Part shown: positions 54,601 through 64,000 of the stretch, piece after piece
Layout of the letters: every line of letters starts with the position of its first letter
Numbering within the stretch: the first letter of the stretch is position 1
Assembly: GCF_052425735.1 (NCBI RefSeq)
Contig: NC_135759.1
Location: forward strand, 42,532,001-42,596,000
From: Oculina patagonica
Lineage: Eukaryota
DNA length: 64,000 bases
Direction of reading: 5' to 3'
Translations under genes and position numbers: made by a program
The notes under the pieces: generated by a model
Seen by the model: only the letters and a program-made list of their open reading frames with translations
Databases searched by the model: none
What the model was told of the DNA's origin: nothing

Positions 54601-56935
54601 CACACATTAGCTTTGGGCAGAGCGCGCTGTTCAACTGACTCAAAATCGTTCACATGCTCAATTTACATACAGAAAAGAAAGAGACCTGTTTTGCCTCTTC
54701 AGTGACAGCAGAATAACCGACGGAAACAATAGAAATAAAGTCAACAATTACTTTTTATTGTTTACAAATACAAGTTAGTCAGTTATTAAATTCTCGTTTA
54801 TAAATCCGCGCGTCGTTTTCTTCTGTTTTAGCCAGCAGAAGGTTTTGGTTCATTTTCCCCAGGTACCATCGATATTTTGTAAAATCCCAGCAAGTTTTCT
54901 CCAAGGAAAACCGTCCCAGCAAGCGAACAGTCTCATTCCTAAATTTGCCAGCCAGCTCAAGTTCAGGTTGCAGAGCGGAAATTTTGTGGAGCGGTTTCGT
55001 TGGGTTCTTCTGCGTATGAATAGATAAAATTCCAATTGGTACAAAATGAAAGGGGCTCTCATTAGTATTGCATAAACACTTTCGGGTTCAAATTGCGGCG
55101 TTATGGATTGAAGATATATGATATAATATGGATATGTGAGATAGCTCATCTCACAACAGCTCACCTTGAGCAGGGTTTGACTTGGATAAATTACCTTAAT
55201 AGAAACCCCTTGTTCTTGTGATTCCATTAGAAATTTCTCAGTACAAACTTATTAACTTCAGGAACTTTCATTTCCCTTTTAACAGCTTTCTTAACTTACT
55301 TCGGCTTTATGCGTTCCTTTATCTCGAACCTATGCCCCACTTCACCCTAACCCCCCCCCCCCCAAATAATCATTATTCGACGCCTTCTTTACCTTAAATT
55401 GGCGTATTTTTAATTGAAATGGTTCTTTGTTTTGGTAGCTGTTGTTGCCACTTTTTAAAATGTTTCACACTTCTGCGTTTTACAAAATTCACACATACTG
55501 CCTTTTAAGAAAATACGTCAATGCGCATTTTATAATGTTCCTCCCATCAACCGTACCGTTCCACCGTTCCGCCGTTCCACCGTTCCTACATTCCTAATAA
55601 TAAACTAACCAGAATATCCAGGACAACACAAATTTACATATTTCAACACTTGCACTCCTAAACAAAGTGAAAAGCCTAATTCACCCTTTAAAAAGAACTA
55701 CTCCATACCACAATTGACTGCCAACAGATAAACCATAGCAAAATAGTCGTAGTCTCACAGAGACCTTTGATTACAAACAGGTATTGTGGTACTTTTTAGA
55801 ACTTAAAACCCTGTATGAAAGTGACAATGGACAAGAAATGATACTGTTCAATAACAAAGAAATTCTCATTGGGAATAGGCCGATTTTTCTAAAAAGCTGG
55901 TTTGAAGAAGGAATTGTCTCTATCCAAGATATTCTCAGCGAGAACGGAAAGTTTTTATCATTTCAAGAATTCAAACAAACATACACAATTAAGTGCAACT
56001 TCTTAAATTATTACCAAATCATATCTGCAATTCCGAAACATCTAGTAGAAAGAGCAAAACATGCTCAATTAAATAAGTCACTCTTTCTTGATAGTGTGAA
56101 TTTTCAATTGTCACCTACAATATCGATCGATCTTACGAAAACAAAAAACAAAGACTATTACTGGCTTTTTATAAAGAAAAGTATTCCCAAAATAACTGCA
56201 CTTAGTAAATGGGAACGAGATCTATCATCAAATGATATTCATTGGAAAAACTACTTTAAGCAAATTAAATTTATGTGCAAAGAGAACAAACTTAAAGAAT
56301 TTTACTTCAAACTTGCTCATAGGATACTTGTCTCCAAAAAGGAACTTCACCTCTTTGGAGTATCGAACAACTCGGACTGAACCTACTGCGGCCATCCAGA
56401 TTCGATAAGTCATACTTTCATCGACTGCCACCTTTCTAAACAATTCTTTCATAAAGTTTTACAACACTTCAATGAAGAAAACGGCACCTCCTTTACGCAA
56501 AGTGATGAAGAACTACTCTTTGGTAAATCACTAAATTCTGCTCAACTGCAACGACACTCTCTAAAAAAGAAATTAAATTACTGCATGTTATTAGCTAAGT
56601 ATTACCTTTACAATCAGAAACTTAATCAAATAGAGCCTGGGGTAATTGAATTCGTTAGGAAACTTAACTTTAAATACCGTGTAGAGAAATTTATATAAAA
56701 ATTTAGACTAGTTAAAAGTATTTGTTAGTAAGTTAGGCTTTATCGGTTAAATTGTGTAACTTGATGTATTTTTATCTTCTTTTTGTTTTTTTTTTGTAAC
56801 TGTGTTTTTTTTTTTCACTTTCTCAGTGTAACGTGTGATATTAAATAAATGCATTAAAAAAAAAAAAAAAAAAAAAAATTCCTCGTCCCTAGCGCCACGC
56901 GTTTTTTAAATGTCATGACGTAAAAGACGTAGTAT

Positions 56936-57247
56936 CATTCTCGTCCCCATAGTCCTTTCGTTTCTCTTAGCCGGCTGGGCCTTGGCACGAGAAAACAAAG
57001 GGCTCTGGGGACACAGGATTACCAGTCCTAGATTCTAGGACTTCCGGTCTTCGTGTATGCAGTCATGACGTTTCAAAAGCATGTATGAGATAGTCGTTAC
57101 GTTATCGACTTCCGTTTAGGAATTCTTTGTTTTAAACAGCCAATCAAAAAAATTCGAATTAATTCAAAAATCCTATGTCCCCAGAGCCCTCCGTTTTCTC
57201 GTGCCAAGCCGTCTAAGAGAAACGAAAGGGCTATGGGGACGAGAATG
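56936..57247. mobile_element. MITE with CATTCTCGTCCCCA TIRs and 9-bp TSD ACGTAGTAT, nested in a related MITE
   Basis: ~40-bp inverted ends; empty site visible at ~62907-62915. Confidence 0.88.
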
Positions 57248-57262
57248 ACGTAGTATGACCAA

Positions 57263-57951
57263 AATCGGAATCTCTGACGATTGGAATCTCTGACGATCTC
57301 TGACGATCTCTGACGATCGGATCCGAGAGATCGATCCGATCTCTGACGATCGGAATCTCTGACGATGTTCTTGTCTTGGCGACAAGAACAATGTGGAGCT
57401 TATGAATGACCTACAGGTTTTACAAAACAAAGCCGCGAAAATCATCCTGGACAGACCACTTTATTCGTCAGCTTCTGATGCCCTCGTAGCTTTAAAGTGG
57501 CTTAACCTAGAACAACGTAGATTTTATCATCGCTGTATATATGTTTATAAGTGTATAAATGGACTTATGGATCACTCTATGGAGTTACTAGCTAACAGGG
57601 ACATTCATAGCTATAACACAAGGAATAAAGACATGCTTAGGCTACCTCATGTAACCAAAAATTGGGGAAAGCAGAGAGTGTGTTATTACTCTCTGAAAGA
57701 CTGGAATAACCTAGACAGAGACACTAGAAATGCACTTGATTTTGTAAATTTTAAGCGTAGCGTTCTAAGTAGGTTTTTTAGTTAATTCTTTCTTTTGTAT
57801 TCAAGTTAGTTTTTAATAATAGTTTTTAATTCTTAGGTATTTTTCGTTTTATTGTATATAGTCTTATTAAGTATTTTTAATCTTAGTTAGGACCTTTCTG
57901 AAAACCACTGTATAGTGAATGAAGGCTTCCTAATAAAAGATTATTATTATT
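57263..57951 (+). mobile_element. CR1/L2-group LINE 3' fragment with (TTA)n tail and repetitive 5' filler
   Basis: ORF LQVLQNKAAKIIL..LKWLNLEQRR..HSYNTRN..WNNL; absent from the paralogous site at ~62920. Confidence 0.85.
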
Positions 57952-59687
57952 AAAAGAAACGAGAGCTCTGGGGACTAGAATGAACTTTGGAGTCTGCACA
58001 AAACGACTGAAGTCTACTAAAACCGGACATTTATTTTGTAAACATGGAAATGCACGTGATACACAATTTTGCTGCGGGTAATTGCCCTTGTGTCTAACGT
58101 GAAGCTTTTGTTCTTTAGGAATCCACGATACTTTAACACAGCCTTTAGTTTGTGGGCGAGAAAGTGACTGAGTAACTGAACTAGAAAGTGTGAGAGCGAG
58201 GATTCAGAGTGTTTGCGACGAAAACTTTCTCATTCCGGTTTTGTCACTTATACTTAACGTTGACATGCAAAACATCAACAGATAGGCTCTACTCTAGCTG
58301 TTAAAGGAGCCTTACTCAAAAAAAATTCCTCGCGAATAATGGTGGACTCTAGCTAAACGCATTAGCTCAGTTAATATTACCTGAACTAACACGTGCTAAA
58401 AAAGAAAAAGAAAACTTATTTAGAACAGCTTTTATCAGTGACAATCACTTTTCCTTTAGTGCTTTTCAACGCACACTATCAATTTTAAATCCAGGCTTTA
58501 AAAATGCAAGGCTACACCAGTTTTCTTTTCGTTCACAATTCATTTCTAGGATTAGCGCGCAAGTCTTTAATTAAGGGGGTTTGGTCATAGAATTACAAAA
58601 CTTCCGGCATTTCGAAAGATTCTTCTGTATAAAGAGTATTGCAGCTTCAAAGTTTACACGATCAAATAAAACTTTTGAAAGGAAACAAAACGTGCTGTTT
58701 GTTCATACAATCAAATAAACATTGTCAAGGGCACTTGTCAATGCAAACTTGTTTTTGTGTATTTAGCTAAAAGCAGCTATGGCACGATATTTTCAAAATT
58801 ATCTTTAAATTAAAAGAAACTCAAAATAATAGTTTGATAAAGACGAAAACAGCAAACAGACGGAATAAAAAATAACGTTTAACAGGAATTAGCAGCAAGG
58901 ATCGAAAATTCAGTACATGTGGACTTCCACGTGATGCAGCACGTGATACACAATTCGGCAGCAGGTGATTGCGCATGTGTCGAACGTGTTAGAGGGAACG
59001 AAGCGAGGGAACGTGCAAGCGGACTCGTACTCAAGGTTGGCGTGCACGCTATTGACAGTTAGGCTCTACTCCAGCTGCTAAAGAAGTCTAACTGACAGAC
59101 AGTTTTCCCAGATAATGGTGGCCATTTGCTAAATATATTAGCTCAGGTTATTTACTAAACTAAAAATTCGAAAAGCATTATAAACATGCTTTTTAATGTG
59201 TCTGACATCACTGACAGCGAATAACTTTCCTTTAAGTGCTTTTCAACGCTACATGATACTCAATTCGGTTGCAAGTAATTTCGCAAGAGTCGACATAATT
59301 TTTTGAGCAAGAAGGTGAGTAAATGACCTAGATAGTGTGAGAGCGTATTGTGTACAGGATGGAAACTGTGTCCTGTTTTGCTACTCGTACTCAATTATGC
59401 TTGCGTGCACCACATTGACACTTAGGCTATATTCCAGCTGCTAAAGGAGCCTTAATTATAAACAACTCTCACGTATAATCATAACCACTTTTTAAACTTA
59501 TTAGCTCAGGTCATAGATTGAACAAATACATGCAAAAATCGGTCAATTAGTCATTATTAATCACGTTCAGTTAGTGCTTTTCAATGCAAATTTCAATTTT
59601 AAATCCCCGCTATACAAATATAAGGATACACCCCACACTCCGTTCAGAATTCAATTCAAAGAGAAGTCGCAACTGCTAACTCTCAGA

Positions 59688-62149
59688 ATGGCGGGCCGGA
59701 TTTTAAAGGGAATTTTATTTCTTTTGTTTTTTCAGTTCATGTGTGAATCGCTCGTTTGTGGAGCTGGCTTATCACAGCGGACGACCGGCAATGGCTGTCC
59801 TATTTGTAAACTTCTGAAAACACTGGTCAACAAGCAAAAAGACCTCGAGAAAAAGATCGATTTGCTTCTTGGAGCGAAAGCTAACTGTTCATCAGGTAGG
59901 GAAATGCTTTGAGTATTAGCGAAGTTTTGATAATTAAAACTTTAATTTGTTTCTATTGAATCAGTCTGAGTACAATGACAAGGCATCGATCGAACTCTCT
60001 ACTTTTTAGCAAAACTTGTTACCTTAAGGTACGCTGTTTTGTTTCCCCCATTCAGGGCGTAAAACTAAATATTTTTCCATGTTTCTGATTGCTTTACGTG
60101 TTTTGGCAAGGGACACACAAAACAAAGCGAGTCTTAACTGATATTAGATATTTTTTTTATTTTCAATATCCAATATCAAGAGGAAATTTTCTCTTTCCAA
60201 CATCTTATTCCGGTCGAAACGAGCCCTGTACTGTATCAGGTGACACTGCCGTATTCAGATTTTATCAAGCGCGGCGAAAACAATTTATTGAATCCTCAAT
60301 TCTACTATTAAAGTAAATAAATTCTGCATACTGCCGAGAAAAGACCATGCGACAGGCAGAAAATTAAAAAAATACAAAAGAAACGACAAACAATGGAAAC
60401 AAAAATCTAAACAACACCATAATCATCATCATCCTCATCATTCATTTGCCGCTTCAAAATAATTGTTATTACATATCTAATAGTATGTGTTAAGGCGAGG
60501 AGACTTCCAAGAAACCGCCGGGCTTATAGGGGTAGCCACCTCGGTTATCAATACAAAGGAAAAAACAAAGAAAGGAGAAAAACAAGACAAAAAGGAAAAA
60601 ATGTGTTGATAGTTTATCTTGCACTGTGTGGTGTACTACACTCAAATGGATAATTTATGCATTTTATAATTTTAGCATTTTTTTTAAGGTCGCGCAGGAC
60701 CCTTGAAATCATTTTGAATGTATTTTTTAAAGAGTATGCAGGAACTGCGACGAGCAAAGCCGACAGCAAACGAATATTCATGAAAATATAGTTCATTGTA
60801 TAAGTAATTGTAAGTTATTGTTCTCAGCTTTGAATATATCTTACGTTACGTAATTTTGAAATTTCCTTTTCATAAAGAAGATAGCACATCTCATATATTT
60901 GTTTTTAAATAGCCTTTTATGCTTCTCACTCAGTGAATCAAAAAGACTGCGCTGACGTCTACAGCTGCGGTCAAACAGTTAGCGGTGTGTACACAATCAA
61001 CCCAGACGGCCAACAGCCCTTTGATGTGTATTGTGACCAGACCACTGCCGGTGGGGGCTGGACAGTATTTCAGAAGAGACTGGACGGCTCTGTGGATTTC
61101 TACCGCGGCTGGAATGACTACAAAACGGGGTTTGGGCACTTGAATGGCGAGTATTGGCTGGGACTTGATAAGCTGCACGGATTAACCACAAACAACAACA
61201 AGAGATACAAACTGCGCGTGGATTTGGAAGACACAACCGGGAACACAGCCTACGCTGAGTACGGTTATTTTGCTGTGTCCAGTGAACAGTCCAAGTATCA
61301 GATGAGTCTTGGAACCTACTACGGTAAGGATGTAGTATTTTTTTTCTAGGGACTTTTAAGTGACGAGACGAAGTATGCTTCTTGTTTGGAGTAAATCATT
61401 AGGCGCAATGTTTTAACAGGCACGTACAGGAGCGAGTTAGGCCCTCTCCTTTTGAAAAGACGATTGAAATCCAGTGTAAACTTGATGCATGAAAGGTTGG
61501 TAAAAAAGGGAAATTAGGACTCCCAATCCGGGCTGTCTGGCAATGGCAAGTACCTTTCAGGGACAGAGCTTTATATGTTTACAGTTGTGGTCAGTACGGT
61601 AACTTTTGGAATCCTGATTTGAAGCAAACCTCTAATAAAAGACATCTCATTCCTCTCTAAGGGAAAAGGTGAATTTGCATTAAGTCACGGCCGAAACACC
61701 TTTCGTGGTTCCTTTTAGGGATTTATTTTAAAATTTCGATAAGTATCGTATCCATTTTCTAAAAAAAGTCCAGCCACGGGCAGCATACGATTGTGGCAGT
61801 GGTTCCATTCCCAGATATTGCCTTTAAATATTCTCTCAAAGAGGAGTCAGGTGACTCATGTCCTGTTTTGATTGTAGGAACCGCAGGTGATTCCTTATCC
61901 CGTCACAAAAGTCGTCCATTTTCAACAAAAGATCGTGACAATGACTCATGGGGAGATCACTGTGCTGTCAAATTTCACGGTGCGTGGTGGTACGGCGCAT
62001 GTCACAGCTCTAACTTGAACGGTCGCTATCTTCTTGGTGCCCATTCCTCCTACGCTGACGGAGTAAACTGGCATGCCTGGAAAGGATATCACTACTCTGC
62101 TAAGCGCGCGGAGATGAAAATTCGTCCCGATGATTGGATTCCATCGTAA
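59688..62149 (+). CDS. Secreted fibrinogen C-terminal domain protein (FReD; ficolin/tachylectin-5/MFAP4-like), copy B; exons 59688-59895, 60934-61323, 61878-62149
   Basis: Signal peptide [25 protein letters not shown], CxxC plus short coiled coil, complete FBG domain, phase-1 GT-AG introns. Confidence 0.92.
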
Positions 62150-62851
62150 AGATAACGGAGGCAGTTTATTTTCAATGCGCTTTAAGTCAATAGATGTTAT
62201 AAGTGAATTATGATTACTGTAATATGATTTTAACAATAAGGGCAAGGTTTACAAGTGTAATCTTTAAATCAATGAAGGGACTTGTTCACTTGACTATGTG
62301 ATTATCCGAAGTTGTAACATGAGGAATTAATTAGAACAAGAAATAAAGCAGTTCGCCGTAAATGTCCTCCTGCACGGTCGTAATACAGTAGAACCTCGAA
62401 ACTGTTTTTCATTTCCCTTAGGACTTTGAGATACCGAGGTTCTACTGTTTAAATTTGATATAATTTAAACTATAACTTTTACACAGATGTCCCGCTTCCG
62501 CCCGTTTAAAGTCGTTTCCACAACTTTTGTATGTAGATTAGTGCAAAGTTATATAGAGTCTTCATTGAAGGCAATCCAATTCAAATTTTGTCAGGTGAAG
62601 GGTAACAATCGTGTCATTATGCTCTATTACGGCTTTTTTTACAACACCGAAATAAACTTATTGCACTACTTTTTTGATCAGTAAAATTTCGGGGAATTTT
62701 GTGCAAGCGCTGGCAGACAGGGAAACATTGTGTCCTCGTTTGCCATCTTCTTAAAAATCGGAATCTCTGACGGGTTACAATCTTTTTGAGCGTGCACAGA
62801 GTCTTAAGTCTTGATTGTCATGCCAATCATATTTTGAACTTGCACTTTGGA

Positions 62852-62950
62852 CATCCTCGTCCCCAGCGCCACGCGTTTTCTTTAAATGTTATGACGTATA
62901 AAAAAGACGTAGTATGACCAAAAGAAACGAGAGCTCTGGGGACTAGAATG
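62852..62950. mobile_element. 99-bp MITE (CATCCTCGTCCCCAG ... CTGGGGACTAGAATG), uninterrupted version of 46766-57982
   Basis: Inverted ends; near-perfect 9-bp flanks (C/A)ACTTTGGA. Confidence 0.8.
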
Positions 62951-64000
62951 AACTTTGGAGCATGCGCAAAACGACCAGAAGTCTACTAAACCCGGACATT
63001 TATTTTGTAAACATGGAAACGCACGTGATACACAATTTTGCTGCGGGTAATTGCTCTTGTGTCTAACAAGCCTTAGTTTGTGGGCGAGAAAGTGAGTAAC
63101 TGAACTAGAAAGTGTGAGAGCGAGGATTCAGAGTGTTTGGGAAGAAGACTTTCTCATTCCGGTTTTGTCACTTATACTTAACGTTGACATGCAAACCATG
63201 GCTCTACTCTAGCTGTTAAAGGAGCCTTACTCAAAAAAAAATCCTCGCGAATAATGGTGGCCTCTTGCTAAACGCATTAGCTCAGTTAATATTACCTGAA
63301 CTAACACGTGCTAAAAAAGAAAAAGAAAACTTATTAAAAACAGCTTTTATCAGTGACAATCACTTTCCCTTTAGTGCTTTTCAACGCACACTATCAATTT
63401 TAAATCCAGGCTTTAAAAATGCAAGGCTACATCAGTTTTCTTTTCGTTCACAGTTCATTTCTAGGATTGGCGTGCTAGTCTTTAAATAAGGGGATTTGGT
63501 CATAGAATTACAAAACTTCCGGCATTTCGAAAGATTCTTCTGTATAAAGAGTATTGCAGCTTCAAAGTTTACACGATCAAATAAAACTTTTGAAAGGAAA
63601 CAAAACGTGCTGTTTGTTCATACAATCAAATAAACATTGTCAAGGGCACTTGTCAATGCAAACTTGTTTTTGTGTATTTAGCTAAAAGCAGCTATGGCAC
63701 GATATTTTCAAAATTATCTTTAAATTAAAAGAAACTCAAAATAATAGTTTGATAAAGACGAAAACAGCAAACAGACGGAATAAAAAATAACGTTTAACAG
63801 GAATTAGCAGCAAGGATCGAAAATTCAGTACATGTGGACTTCCACGTGATGCAGCACGTGATACACAATTCGGCAGCAGGTGATTGCGCATGTGTCGAAC
63901 GTGTTAGAGGGAACGTGCAAGCGGACTCGTACTCAAGGTTGGCGTGCACGCTATTGACAGTTAGGCTCTACTCCAGCTGCTAAAGAAGTCTAAGGCCTAG
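62951..64000 (+). repeat. Start of a third FReD tandem unit (duplicate of ~57983-59090)
   Basis: Colinear, highly similar sequence at ~4.9-5.0 kb offset. Confidence 0.9.

Larger units (their letters stand above)
47560..55770 (+). mobile_element. ~8.2-kb non-autonomous Helentron/Helitron2-like (HINE/DINE-type) element
   Basis: Inserted in a T-run without clear TSD. Asymmetric 13-bp subTIRs CGACTATTTTGCT (47561) and AGCAAAATAGTCG (55737-55749). 5' hairpin GCTTGT-TT-ACAAGC, 3' hairpin GTCTC-ACA-GAGAC, central tandem array. Confidence 0.75.
46781..56879 (+). mobile_element. 5'-truncated L1/Tx1-like LINE split in two (46781-47559 and 55771-56879) with poly(A) tail
   Basis: SQFADDT, SGLKLNTSKT, GGLRVPN; frame ..DIPPF|YKQVLWYFLELK.. 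rejoins across the insertion; AATAAA plus poly(A); 14-bp TSD TCCTCGTCCCTAGC. Confidence 0.9.

Overview
Eukaryotic, intron-rich, AT-rich and repeat-dense DNA, probably from a scleractinian coral or other cnidarian (inferred from gene set and repeat style, not verified). Host genes: the first coding exon of a PEAK1/PRAG1-like pseudokinase scaffold (minus strand, continuing beyond the left edge); a complete 11-exon SELENBP1 (methanethiol oxidase) whose 5' region and exons 1-2 are tandemly triplicated (~4.7 kb unit); a 4-exon mitochondrial-type HINT2; and a tandem array of secreted fibrinogen-domain (FReD) genes with one 5'-truncated copy, one intact copy and the upstream region of a third. Mobile DNA: two Penelope-like elements with inverted tails and target-site duplications plus a third remnant, each with a hammerhead-ribozyme motif. 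One motif has a non-canonical core (UCGUCAA) that keeps the 3-8 tertiary pair by covariation. There is also an ~11 kb nest grown inside a 99-bp MITE: LINE > Helentron-like element > 225-bp satellite > long-TIR element, plus a second MITE and a LINE with templated filler. Further LINE fragments, SINEs and MITEs are scattered through the window. Most ORF-track entries are non-coding. Coordinates were read by eye and may be off by a few bases.
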